From Eledone cirrhosa (taxonomy: Eukaryota): 64,000 nucleotides of DNA. The notes beneath the pieces are model-generated. The model saw nothing but the letters and a program-made list of their open reading frames with translations. It was not told where the DNA came from and ran no database searches. Below are positions 49,489 through 63,025 of the stretch, in pieces (the first letter of the stretch is position 1; each line of letters begins with the position of its first letter). A program made the position numbers and the translations under genes. Location of the stretch: assembly GCA_964016885.1 (NCBI GenBank), contig OZ024753.1, positions 23,002,001 to 23,066,000 of the forward strand, in the 5' to 3' direction.

Positions 49489-50115
49489 CTTGATATATTT
49501 CTTTTTTCTTTTTTCTTTTTCTTTTCTTTCCTTTTTAATGTTTATTTATTATTTATTATTTTTTATTTTCTTAGTTTATAGATACATCTATATTAAGCAG
49601 TCTGCCCAAACCGTTGAATACTGACCTCTCCCCCCCTCCCACCTAATTTCTGTATCTTGATCTAAATGTGTGTGCCAGTGTTTATGTGAGTGAATTAATA
49701 TCCATGTGCTTAGGATTTTATATCCACATATATATATGTGAGTGGGGGTGTGTGTGTGTTTGTATGTTCGTAGTTATGTGTATGTTTATGCATATACGCG
49801 CGTGTGTGTGTGATTGTACGGATATGTGTGAGTATGAAAATATGTGTATACACTTATTTCATATTTATGTGTCTATACGCATCTTATCTGTGCATTATAA
49901 ACTTACAGAGACATTAACCTTGAAATTTTGTATTTGCATCCATCCTTTTGGTATGCGTATACAAGTTGTGCATACATTTTTGTAAAATATGTGTAAGGGT
50001 AGTTACATGTATATACACACACCGAACTGCATTAAACCTTTTGTATTTTCATTGGTCAATTTTGTTCCCAAACGGACCTGAAATTTTGAATTGTTGTTAT
50101 TATCAATAAATATAT

Positions 50116-50269
50116 TTCATTATTTCTGAAGACGGCGTATATATGTGTTGGTATGTATATTTAATCTTGATAGTTTGTATAATTTTGTATAATTTTGTAC
50201 ATAGATCTGTTTAATATGCATGCCAATTCTAACACATATATATCCTAGAAACGATCGTTAAATAATGAA
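50116..50269 (+). ncRNA. Hammerhead ribozyme with extended stem II (PLE-e)
   Basis: CUGAAGA at 50126, GAAA CGAUCG UU at 50248. Confidence 0.78.
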
Positions 50270-50462
50270 CTTTTTTTGTTTAATATAAGGAACTGTTTCA
50301 TTGTTTATTCATTATTTGTTTAATATTTTATCTTGACTCTGTATACCGTTTATCTTTCACCGAAAGTGACTTTTCATTACATCTCTTCTTTCCATGATAT
50401 CCGGAATACATTGAGTTCTTCATACGGATTGGACACTACCGTAAACTCTTGGTAGATTTATC

Positions 50463-50524
<62 letters not shown>

Positions 50525-50653
50525 CAGTCACATCTACATACATATATATATATAAATACACTCATATATATACACACATACACATACATACCCACATATA
50601 AATATATATATATATACATAAATATATATATACACACATACACACATACACAT

Positions 50654-50724
<71 letters not shown>

Positions 50725-50839
50725 CACATACATACACATATACACACATACATATATACTCACACACACACACCTACACATACATACACATACACATATA
50801 TAAAGATATATATATACACACACACACACATATAATAAA

Positions 50840-50889
<50 letters not shown>

Positions 50890-51297
50890 CATATATACAC
50901 ACATACATACATATACATACATATATATACACACATATACATACACACATACACACATACATACATACACACACACATACATACACACACATACATAGAC
51001 ATAGATATATACTCACACACACATACGCACTTACATATACGCATATATACAAATACATACACATCCATATATGCGTATATACATACAAACACCACTACAC
51101 GCTCACACAACTCAGACATACAAAGAAAAAGGTATATACATACACATATATGCACACATAAATAGAGATACATATACACATATATATATATATACATATA
51201 TATATATACACACACACACGTACACACATAAACACACATACAAACACATACATACACACATACATACATATATACACACACACACACACACACAAAG

Positions 51298-51352
<55 letters not shown>

Positions 51353-51631
51353 CATATACACACACACATATATACACATGCACACACATACATACATACA
51401 TACATACACATACACATACATATATATAAAAAAATAAATAAATAAGATAAATAAAAAATAAATAAATTAATACACACAGTCAGACAAATATGCACACACA
51501 TACATATACATATATGTATATATATATATACACACACACACATACACACACACACATACATATATATACACACATACATACACACACACATATATATACA
51601 TACATATACACACATCAACTACAAATACATA

Positions 51632-51662
<31 letters not shown>

Positions 51663-51719
51663 TATACATATTTTCACATATATATATATATATACACACA
51701 TTATATTATAATAATAAAT

Positions 51720-54157
51720 ATGGAAAAACAATATTTGGGAACCTCTTTAAAGAACATACCAATACCTTCTAAGGATGACTTCTTACTCCTTATGATTCAA
51801 AAAACTAACAATTTTATCAGAAGGGTTAGATGGAGGGCCTACCACTTCGATAAAAAATCTAAATATGCAGATGGGAAATATATGTATGATTTCAATACTT
51901 ACAAGAATCCACCACACAACTCTTTACTTGAAGACTTTGAGAAAGACCTTTTTAATTTAATTATACACCTCAAATTTAAAAAGTATAAATCCGTCTTTCA
52001 AAAGGACCTTGATTCTACCCTATTGGACCTAAAAAAGTCTAAAAAAATCCATGTCCACTCGGACAAAACTTGTATCACATGGATATTGAAGATTATAATG
52101 AGTTCATATATAAAGAACTCAGGAAAAATTATAAAAAATCTAATAATGCGTCACTCACCTACATCAACAACAAAACACACAACATAGTAAAAAAACTAAA
52201 CATTGAAGATAGAACTGAACCTTTGGCATTGAAAAGACCACACTTCAACCTGAAGGATCATAAATCAAACTTTAACTCAAATCCTTCTATAAGACTTATA
52301 TGTCCCTCCAAATCAGATATTGGAATAATTAGCAAAAAAAAAATTTTGGATAGAGTCATCCCACAAATAAGAAAACACGTTATTTTACCACTCTGGGAAA
52401 ACACTTCCCAGGTAATTAACTGGTTTAAAAATATTAGATGTAAATCTTCTGCTTCATTTCTACAATTTGATATAGATAATTACTATTCTTCTATATCACC
52501 TATACTCCTGAACAAAGCATTGATATTTGCTAAAAATAGATCTAACTTAACTTTGGATGACATTAATATTATTACACATGCTAGACTAACACTTATTGAA
52601 TTTCAGAATGAATACTGGACCAGAAACACATATAGTAATCTATTTGATATTACTATGGGTTCAAGCGATTCCGCCCAAATTACTGATCTTGTGGGCCTCT
52701 TTCTCCTTTTCAACATAAATGCCTCCTTTCCCCACCTTAAAGGTGGTTTATATCGTGATGACTGTCTTCTTCTTTCCAACAACCTTAGCCTTTCAGAAAT
52801 AGAAAAAAACAAAAAGCATATTAGAACTTTCCTTAAAGACTATTATAGTCTTCATATTACTTTTGAAAAAACAAGTAAAGTAGTAAATTTCCTAGATATA
52901 ACTTTAGACTTAGCTACGGGTATCTACCAACCTTACCATAAACCCAACCAAAACTTACATTACATACACTCACAATCTAATCACCCTAAATCTATCCTTA
53001 AAAACCTTGCATATAATATATCACTTAGAATTTCTAACCTTTCTTCTAACCAAGATGTATTTGATAAAAATGCGACCTTCTATAACGAAGCTCTAGATAG
53101 AAGTGGCCACAAAAATAGATTAGAATATATACCTTCTACTAAAAATACTAAAAACATACAACCTAATATTACCAACAAACACCAAATGAAAAGTACACAC
53201 CTAAATGCCACCCACACTATACCCCAAAATACCAAATCTTCTAATATAAAATATAGTAACTCTCAAAAAACTACTCATCATACAACTCTAATAAATATTA
53301 ATAATAAAACTCCTAATAAAAAAGATAAAACACCTAAATCTACAAATATAACTAAAAATGGTTGTGGTGAGATCATTAACATTAATCCTTCTAGTAAACA
53401 TCACGATACAACCTATAAAAATAATAAAAATAATAAACAACATAGAAACCGTAATAGACGGGTTACTTGGTATAATGCTCCATTTAATTTACAAATTAAG
53501 GATAATATTGCTAAAAAATTTTTTTATATCCTAGAGAAAAACTTCCCGCCAAACCACAAATACCATCAAATCTTAAATAGGTCTACAGTTAAATTCTCAT
53601 ACTCAACAACAAATAACATAAAACAAAATATAAGTGCCTATAATGCATATAAATGTAAGAAAACCATAAGTATACCACCAATACATCAAACTAACCATAA
53701 TATCTCCTCAAATACAGAATTAACGAAAGGTTGTAACTGTAGAAACAAAGCAAACTGCCCATTAAAAGGAAATTGTCTTGTTAACAACATAGTTTATAAA
53801 TGTAATGTTAAAACTAAAGATTCTATTTGCTCATATATAGGAGCTACTTCTAACAATTTTAAGACAAGGTTTAATACCCACAAACATAGTTTTAAAAATG
53901 CCGCACTGGCTAATACAACATCTCTAGCAGAAAAAATCAATAGTTATAAAAATAAGCATATAGAATATGATTTGACCTGGAGTGTGCTCAAAAGAGCCAC
54001 CCCTTATCAAAATAATAGAAATGAATGTAGATTATGTTCCCAAGAACTATTTGAAATAATGAAATCTAAGGATATCCTATTAAATAAACGACAGGAATTA
54101 ATTATATCGTGTAATCATAAACTAAAAAAAACATTTAAATATTATAAACCTAATTAA
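51720..54157 (+). pseudogene. PLE-e RT + GIY-YIG, copy A' (mirror of A)
   Basis: Shares the 7-nt deletion near 52070 and the extra Lys codon with copy A but lacks the nonsense codon. Confidence 0.92.
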
Positions 54158-55350
54158 TAACATTATTTTAGAAATTAATATATAATTTAATTTAAATGTT
54201 AGTTAACCTATAAATTTAATTTAATTAAAATTCTACAGATGAGAATATAAAATATTGTGTAATCATAAATTGTGAAAAACCTTTAAATATTACTAATATA
54301 TACTTAGTAATTTAATTTATAGATTAATTTTAATTTATTTAACCCTTTATTAAAATTCCTTTACAGATAAAATATAACAAAATGTCGTGTATTCAATGAC
54401 AGAGAAATAATTTTTAGTATTATAGACCTAATTAATATACATTTTAGAAATATATTTATAATTTGGTTTTAAATTTGGTCAACCTAAAAATTTAATTTAA
54501 TTGGCTTAAAATTAGTATCCTAATACAGACGGATTGCAGAGTGTCATGTAATCATAGAATGGGATGGGTTTTGGATGTATACCTAGTTAATATATTCTTT
54601 GCAATTTTTGAAAAAATATGTATATGTATGTATATATATGTATGTGTATGTATGTATATATATGTGTATATATATATGTATGTATATGTATATGTGTATG
54701 TATTAATTTTAATTTCTGTTTACATATAATTATATTCTACTATTGATAAAATACAATATCTGTTTTATTTATTATATACCTAATTAACATATACTATAGA
54801 AATTAATATATAATTTTTAATTTAGTTAACCTATAATTTATATTCTACTACCGATGTAATACTTTATTTGTTTTTTCCCTATTACTAAATTCATTTCCTA
54901 ATATTGATACCATAACCTTAATAATTTTAATTTAGTTATACTATAATTAATACTCTACTACTATTTAACTTCAAAATTCTGCTTCAAATATTATAAACCT
55001 AAGTAATTTACACCTTAGAAATCAATATATTAACTATCTTTAGTTTAGTTAACCTATAATTAATGGTATACTTATATTGAAATGCATAATTTTGCCTTCT
55101 TTCTTGCATTTCCTAATACTGAAACTATGTAAACACATATTGTGATCCAAATGCAGATTAATATTCTATGTTTCTTGAAACATATATTTACTATAATCCC
55201 CTTCTCCCCCCCCCCTTCCCCCCTACTATTATTATTTGTATTTGTAAGCGTGTATGTATGTATGTATATGTAAGTAGGTGTATATATGTTTGGGTGTTTA
55301 TATGTAAGTATAAAAATACATATATGCGCATGCAAATAAGGGTGTATGAT

Positions 55351-55401
<51 letters not shown>

Positions 55402-55616
55402 GTGTATGTATATATATATATGTGTGTATGTATGTGTGTGTATATATGTGTATGTATATGTATGTCTCTCTATATATATGTGTATCTTTGTATCTATGTG
55501 GGTATATGTGTGTATGTACATGTATGCACATGTATATGTCTATGTGTATATGTGTGTATGTGTATATGTGTACGTATGTGCGCATATATATGTGAGTGTG
55601 TGTGTATATATATGTA

Positions 55617-55654
<38 letters not shown>

Positions 55655-55660
55655 AAAATA

Positions 55661-55693
<33 letters not shown>

Positions 55694-55970
55694 TATGTAT
55701 TTGTAGTTGATGTGTGTATATGTATGTATATATATGTGTGTGTGTATGTATGTGTGTATATATATGTATGTGTGTGTGTGTATGTGTGTGTGTGTATATA
55801 TATATATACATATATGTATATGTATGTGTGTGCATATTTGTCTGACTGTGTATTAATTTATTTATTTTTTATTTATCTTATTTATTTATTTTTTTATATA
55901 TATGTATGTGTATGTGTATGTATGTATGTATGTGTGTGCATGTGTATATATGTGTGTGTGTATATGTATG

Positions 55971-56015
<45 letters not shown>

Positions 56016-56429
56016 CTTTGTGTGTGTGTATATATATGTATGTATGTGTGTATGTATGTGTTTGTATGTGTGTTTATGTGTGTACGTGTGTGTGTGTATA
56101 TATATATATGTATATATATATATGTGTTTATATGTATCTCTATTTATGTGTGTATATATGTGTATGTATATACCTTTTTCTTTGTATGTCTGAGTTGTGT
56201 GAGCGTGTAGTGGTGTTTGTATGTATATACGCATATATGGATGTGTATGTATTTGTATATATGCGTATATGTAAGTGCGTATGTGTGTGTGAGTATATAT
56301 CTATGTCTATGTATGAGTATGTATGTGTGTGTATGTATGTGTGTGTGTATGTATGTATGTGTGTATGTGTGTATGTATATGTGTGTATATATATGTATGT
56401 ATATGTATGTATGTGTGTATATATGTATG

Positions 56430-56463
<34 letters not shown>

Positions 56464-56580
56464 TTTATTATATGTGTGTGTGTGTGTGTGTATATATATC
56501 TTTATATATGTGCATGTGTATGTATGTGTAGGTGTGTGTGTGTGAGTATATATGTATGTGTGTATATGTGTATGTATGTG

Positions 56581-56652
<72 letters not shown>

Positions 56653-56858
56653 CGTATGTGTATGTGTGTATGTGTGTATATATATTTATGTATATATATA
56701 TATATTTATATGTGGGTATGTATGTGTATGTGTGTATATATATGAGTGTATTTATATATATATATGTATGTAGATGTGACTGTATATATATATATATATG
56801 TATATATATGTATATGTGTGTATATGTATGAGTGTGTATATATATACGAGTGTTGTGA

Positions 56859-56920
<62 letters not shown>

Positions 56921-57364
56921 GTATGCGTGTATGTGTATATGAGTGTAAAAATATATATATATATATATATATATGTGTGTTTATGTGTGTATGTGTCTAT
57001 GTATTTATATGTGTATATGTATGTGTCTCTATATGTATGCGTGTGTGTATGTGTATGTGTATTTATATGGTATGTGTATGTATGTGTTTATATATATGTG
57101 TATGTATATGTATGTATATGTATGTGTGTGTATGCGTGTGTATTTATTTATATGTCTATATGTATGTATATCGATGTATACTTTATATTTTACTTGTTTG
57201 TATATATATATGTGTGTGTATGTATATGTGTATATATATATGTGTGTGTATATATGTGTGTGTATATATGTGTATATATATGTGTATATATATATGTATG
57301 TGTGTATATATGTGTATATATATATGTATATGTATATATGTGTGTGTGTGTGTGTGTATGTGTG

Positions 57365-57404
<40 letters not shown>

Positions 57405-58006
57405 CTTGATATATTTCTTTTTTCTTTTTTCTTTTTCTTTTCTTTTTATTTCTAAGTTTATAGATACATTTATAAATAGGCAGTCTGCCGAAACCGTTGA
57501 ATACTGACCTCTCCCCTCTCCCACCTAATTTCTGTATCCTGATCTAAATATGTGTGGCAGTGTTTATGTGCGTGCATTAATGTCCATATGCTTATGATAA
57601 TACTATATGCACATATATATGTGTGTGGGGGTGTGTGTGTGTTTGTATGTTCGTAGTTATGTGTATGTTTATGCATATACGCGCGTGTGTGTGTGAGTGT
57701 ACGAATATGTGTGAGTATATGAATGTGTGTATACATTTATTTCATATTTATGTGTCTATACGCATTTTATCTGTGGATTATAAACTTACAGAGACATTAG
57801 CCTTGAATTTTTGTATTTACATACATCTTTTTGGCATGCGTATGCATGTGAACATATATCTTTATGTAAATATGTGTACGAAATTAATTACATGTATATA
57901 CACACACCTAACTGCATAACATTTTTTGTATTTTCATTGGTCAATTTGAACTCTGTTCCCAAACGGACCTGAAATTTTGAATTGTTGTTATTATCAATAA
58001 ATATAT

Positions 58007-58161
58007 TTCATTATTTCTGAAGACGGCATATATATGTGTTTGGTATGTATATTTAATTTTGATAGTTTGTATAATTTTGTATAATTTTGTACATAGATCT
58101 GTTGAATATGCATGCCAATTCTAACACATATATATCCTAGAAACGATCGTTAAATAATGAA
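58007..58161 (+). ncRNA. Hammerhead ribozyme with extended stem II (PLE-e)
   Basis: UUCAUUAUUU CUGAAGA c GG c AUAUAUAUGUGUU...AACACAUAUAUAU CC ua GAAA CGAUCG UU AAAUAAUGAA; 116 nt between the core halves. Confidence 0.8.
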
Positions 58162-58419
58162 CTTTTTTTGTTTAATATAAGGAACTGTTTCATTGTTTTA
58201 TTCATTATTTTTTTAATATTTTATCTTGACTCTGTATTCCGTTTATCTTTCACCGAAAGTGATTTTTCATTGCATCTCTTCTTTCCATGATATCCGGATT
58301 ACATTGAGTTCTTCATACGGATTGGACACTACCGTAAACTCTTGGTAGATTTATCTACATATATATATATATATATATAAATTTACAATAAAATACTACA
58401 ATAAAACTCACCTCCTACA

Positions 58420-58427
58420 TTATATAA

Positions 58428-58460
<33 letters not shown>

Positions 58461-58481
58461 AAAATATATATATATATAAAT

Positions 58482-58526
<45 letters not shown>

Positions 58527-58557
58527 TATAAATATATAAATATATATATATATAAAT

Positions 58558-58606
<49 letters not shown>

Positions 58607-58631
58607 TATAAATATAAATATATATATAAAT

Positions 58632-58662
<31 letters not shown>

Positions 58663-58679
58663 AATATATATATATAAAT

Positions 58680-58736
<57 letters not shown>

Positions 58737-58860
58737 AATATATAAATATATATATATAAATATATATATAAATATATATATATATAAATATATATAAATA
58801 TATATATATATAAATATATATAAATATATATATATATATAAATATATATAAATATATATA
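58420..58860. repeat. (TA)n array with TAAA interruptions
   Basis: Directly visible. Confidence 0.95.
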
Positions 58861-59019
58861 TAAAATTTCAGGTTATCAATAATGTAGTGATAATATATCG
58901 TTACGTTAGAGATGAACAGCGTACGTGCAGGTTTGCTCAACGAGTATAAATTATATTCCGGAGAAATGTAGAAAGGATGAATATAAAATGAAAGTGCTTT
59001 TGTTAAAAAAGGAATTTAT

Positions 59020-59141
59020 TAGGTATTGACATATGTTTCTGTAACAGACCGAATACCTATGTATCGCTGCTTGCGTAATCATATAATGTTAGCAAGTATT
59101 CGATAGCAAATGTATAATCAGTTGTCACTTCTTCAGAGATT
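59020..59141 (-). ncRNA. Hammerhead-like motif with extended stem II and atypical stem I (PLE-f)
   Basis: CUGAAGA a GUGACA...UGUUAC a GAAA CAUAUG UC AAUACCUA; canonical stem I pairing is poor. Confidence 0.6.
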
Positions 59142-59609
59142 TTGGATAAACTGGATAAAATCAGAAAAATTGAAGTATTTATATTAGTAAAAGAGGAAGG
59201 AACAGAGGGGATAGAATATGACAGATGGTAAAATAATTTACTGCTAAACAAGTATATAATGGGTTTTTAATGAGAATACCATGAGTAAATCTAAATAAGA
59301 ATTTTGGGGGTGCCGATTTTAATCTCTACTTGACCAACTGGACAGTGGACAGGGCTGGTCATTTGGTGCAGTAGTATTAATCATAAAGTGTCAATTGGGG
59401 AAGGGGGAGATTTCGATTGCTACTAAATAACATCAATGCTAGTGGTCAGCTGGTATTTGCTCTAGGGAATTGAATCAAAAAATCAGAAATCTCATTTTAT
59501 CTATAGCAGTTTGTATTAAAAGGTAAATAATAGAAGAGTTGATAGAATTAAGACTAATAAAGAATGTTCATATCTATTTTGACAATCAAACGGGGATAGA
59601 GGCAGGCGT

Positions 59610-61928
59610 TCAATTCTGGTAGTATTTATAATATGAAAATGTAGATTTTAAGCGATGGTTACAGTATAACGATCGCTCTATTCTGTTATTTAATAAAATG
59701 TTTTGGGATTTCATAATACAAAATAATTCTACATTACATAATCTACAAAATTCCTGTCCATTGGAATATGGGGGGGCAGTCGCTATTATATCCCATTTTA
59801 GGTGAAATTGTTGGTTATTTTCACGCAGCTGCCAAGCCTTGTCTGCGAGTGTTGTTACATAACGCTGGTTTTCATGTTTTATCGAATAACGATGTCTATA
59901 AAGGCGTGATTTAAAGGAGGTGGCTGTAGATCCCACATAGTACCACTTCTGTCTATCCGATTCGATAGTACATTTGTATACGATGTTGCGTTCAAGACAC
60001 TGGTTGTTCAACGGACACATTCCTGGTTGGACACAGTTGCAATTACGATTTTGCGTTGTTGTATTGCCATGGATGGGTTGATGAGGTTGCTTATGTAGAA
60101 CAGGATGTTGTTTGTTGTTTTGTGATGTTATAGCTAATGTTTTACGTGTATTGTTATGTGTTGGAAGGCGTTTATACAACCGTTTTGCGTTAAGCATTTT
60201 TATATGTTGTTCAATATTAGGGGCGGTTGAATATGAAAGTCGGATGGTGTTAGGGTTTAAGATTTTATTATATTTATGTGATGTTGGAAAGTGTTTTCTA
60301 ACTAATCGAAAGAATTTTGAGGGTAGATTGGTTTTAATAGATTTGTTATAGACCGGGTTGTACCAGATATACTCCTTACATCGCCTTCTGTTTGGTGGTG
60401 TGCGACTATTATTGTGTCTATTGCGGTAGTGTATGTATGGTGGTGATTCTGTGCTATTTCTACTCCTATGTGATTTATTTTGGGTGTTTTGGTGATCATT
60501 GACTATATACTCTATATTATCTAGGTGACCGGCTTTCCTAAGTGCATCATCATAATACTCGGCATGTTCTTTGAAGGTTTGTTGGTTGGACGATAGGCGG
60601 GAGATTCTAAGAGAAACATTTCTAGGGATGGATTTAATTATAGAGAGTGGATGGTTAGAACTCGTATTTACATATTTAAGGTTCTCATTTAGTTTATGGA
60701 ACGGTTTAATCGTATCTGTATTGAGGTTGAAAGTAACATCAAGGAAATTGACCTCTTTGAGGTTATATTCAAATGTAATATTTAATCCTAGTTCTTTAAA
60801 AAGTTTTCTGATATTTTTACGCATCCTTTCTAAATTCTGGTTATTCATATTCTTAACTAATAGGAGCGCATCGTCACGGTAAATTCCACCGTGGAGATCC
60901 TTGAATTTTCCTTGTAATCTGTGGGTGATATAAATTCCCACAAGATCTGTTACCTCCGCCGAATCATTAGAACCCATAGTGATATCAAAATTAGAAGGTC
61001 TATCTTTGCGAACCCAGTAGCTATCATCGAATTTAACTATAGTTTTTCTCGCTTCCATAATAATTTTAATTTCAGCATCCGTAAGGTCGGAATTATCCTT
61101 AGCGAACGAAAGAGCTTCATGTAGAGTATCAGGTGAAATTGAGGAATAATATTCATCAATATCAAACTGAATAAATTTTGATTTTTTCTTATCAGTAATG
61201 TTGTTAAACCATCTTATTGCTTCATGAGTGTTACCCCATAGTTTAATCTCTACTTTAACCTTAACTTGGGGGATAATTCTGTCTAGTATATATTTGCTAA
61301 TTTTACCTATATCAGATTTAGAGGGGCATATAAGTCTAATATTAGGGTTAGTATCGAAGTTTACCTTGTGGTCCTTCAGGTTGAAGGATGGTATAGCTGG
61401 TGTTAAGGGTTGCGTTCTATCGTCAATACAAAGTTTTTTAACAATATCACATGCCGAGTTGTTGATGTTTTTAAGTGTGGCTTCATTAGTTTTCCTGTAT
61501 TTTTTATGCAATTCCTTACGGATGAAGTTATTGTAAGTGTCCACATCCATGGTATATACGTTTGATGTTTTGTCTGCTCTAACAATAACTCCATTGGCGT
61601 TTTTTAGATTATTGAGCAGTGCCGTGATGTCATTCTGTAGTTTATTGTTCTTACGTTTTGTAAATTTGATCTCCATGATCATATCCATTAGGTCTTGTTC
61701 AAATGCATCCAAAAGTGGGTTTGAGGGTGGGTTCTTGTAAGATTTAAATCCAAATTTATCCTTGTTAAGATCCGATGTTTGGTTTATACGGCTTTTGTCA
61801 AAATGGAATGTTTTCCATCTGATTCGTCGAATAAAATCATTGGTCCTTCGTATCATACCTAGAATATATTCCCTTTTTGCCTGAATAGGTATGTTTTTTA
61901 ACGACATATCCAATTGGTGCCTTTCCAT
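59610..61928 (-). CDS. PLE reverse transcriptase-GIY-YIG endonuclease polyprotein (772 aa, intact)
   Basis: MSLKNIP, RADKT, QFDIDEYYSSIS, FDITMGSNDSAE, GIYRDD, NFLDV, WYNP, CNCVQPGMCPL, IVYKC..YYVG..FKSR..H, CRLC..E, N.R..CNH. Confidence 0.95.
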   Translation of the reverse strand: MERHQLDMSLKNIPIQAKREYILGMIRRTNDFIRRIRWKTFHFDKSRINQTSDLNKDKFGFKSYKNPPSNPLLDAFEQDLMDMIMEIKFTKRKNNKLQNDITALLNNLKNANGVIVRADKTSNVYTMDVDTYNNFIRKELHKKYRKTNEATLKNINNSACDIVKKLCIDDRTQPLTPAIPSFNLKDHKVNFDTNPNIRLICPSKSDIGKISKYILDRIIPQVKVKVEIKLWGNTHEAIRWFNNITDKKKSKFIQFDIDEYYSSISPDTLHEALSFAKDNSDLTDAEIKIIMEARKTIVKFDDSYWVRKDRPSNFDITMGSNDSAEVTDLVGIYITHRLQGKFKDLHGGIYRDDALLLVKNMNNQNLERMRKNIRKLFKELGLNITFEYNLKEVNFLDVTFNLNTDTIKPFHKLNENLKYVNTSSNHPLSIIKSIPRNVSLRISRLSSNQQTFKEHAEYYDDALRKAGHLDNIEYIVNDHQNTQNKSHRSRNSTESPPYIHYRNRHNNSRTPPNRRRCKEYIWYNPVYNKSIKTNLPSKFFRLVRKHFPTSHKYNKILNPNTIRLSYSTAPNIEQHIKMLNAKRLYKRLPTHNNTRKTLAITSQNNKQHPVLHKQPHQPIHGNTTTQNRNCNCVQPGMCPLNNQCLERNIVYKCTIESDRQKWYYVGSTATSFKSRLYRHRYSIKHENQRYVTTLADKAWQLRENNQQFHLKWDIIATAPPYSNGQEFCRLCNVELFCIMKSQNILLNNRIERSLYCNHRLKSTFSYYKYYQN

Positions 61929-62134
61929 TTTAGAAGCGTATGCTGAATTAGTTGCTCAACTGTATAGGAGATTAATAAAATTTCAGGTTATCAATAATGT
62001 AGTGATAATATATCGTTACGTTAGAGATGAACAGCGTACGTGCAGGTTTGCTCAACGAGTATAAATTATATTCCGGAGAAATGTAGAAAGGATGAATATA
62101 AAATGAAAGTGCTTTTGTTAAAAAAGGAATTTAT

Positions 62135-62256
62135 TAGGTATTGACATATGTTTCTGTAACAGACCGAATACCTATGTATCGCTGCTTGCGTAATCATATA
62201 ATGTTAGCAAGTATTCGATAGCAAATGTATAATCAGTTGTCACTTCTTCAGAGATT
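62135..62256 (-). ncRNA. Hammerhead-like motif (PLE-f upstream pLTR)
   Basis: Direct copy of 59020-59141 at offset 3115. Confidence 0.6.
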
Positions 62257-62953
62257 TTGGATAAACTGGATAAAATCAGAAAAGTTGAAGTATTTATATT
62301 AGTAAAAGAGGAAGGAACAGAGGGGATAGAATATGACAGATGGTAAAATAATTTACTGCTAAACAAGTATATAATGGGTTTTTAATGAGAATACCATGAG
62401 TAAATCTAAATAAGAATTTTGGGGGTGCCGATTTTAATCTCTACTTGACCAACTGGACAGTGGACAGGGCTGGTCATTTGGTGCAGTAGTATTAATCATA
62501 AAGTGTCAATTGGGGAAGGGGGAGATTTCGATTGCTACTAAATAACATCAATGCTAGTGGTCAGCTGGTATTTGCTCTAGGGAATTGAATCAAAAAATCA
62601 GAAATCTCATTTTATCTATAGCAGTTTGTATTAAAAGGTAAATAATAGAAGAGTTGATAGAATTAAGACTAATAAAGAATGTTCATATCTATTTTGACAA
62701 TCAAACGGGGATAGAGGCAGGCGTTCAATTCTGGTAGTATTTATAATACAACTGATTATACATTTGCTATCGAATACTTGCTAACATTATATGATTACGC
62801 AAGCAGCGATACATAGGTATTCGGTCTGTTACAGAAACATATGTCAATACCTAATAAATTCCTTTTTTAACAAAAGCACTTTCATTTTATATTCATCCTT
62901 TCTAAATATATATATATATATATAAATATATATAAATATATATATATATATAA

Positions 62954-63024
<71 letters not shown>

Positions 63025-63025
<1 letters not shown>

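Larger units (their letters stand above)
30309..58358. mobile_element. PLE-e composite: three ORF copies and microsatellite-rich 4.1-kb pLTRs arranged as a giant inverted repeat
   Basis: Arms about 30309-41914 and 46655-58220; mirrored ORF coordinates sum to about 88560; spacer holds ORF copy B and a partial pLTR. Confidence 0.9.
58861..62904 (-). mobile_element. PLE-f: full-length Penelope-like (Naiad-type) element
   Basis: Intact ORF between 773-bp direct pLTRs (58861-59633 and 61976-62748), plus an inverted 157-bp pLTR piece (62748-62904, reverse complement of 62084-62240); (TA)n on both sides. Confidence 0.95.

Noticed and set aside
30610-57919. Dozens of [12 protein letters not shown] ORFs
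   Set aside because: Translations of microsatellite mosaics inside PLE-e pLTRs.
59610-61928. Selenoprotein recoding, known in some Naiad PLEs
   Set aside because: The intact ORF has no in-frame TGA, and the lesions I traced in the other copies are TAA or frameshifts; I did not search for SECIS elements.
58861-62748. LTR retrotransposon reading of the direct repeats
   Set aside because: No gag, protease or integrase and no TG..CA ends; the repeat overlaps the ORF 3' end, and the RT/GIY-YIG are Penelope-type.
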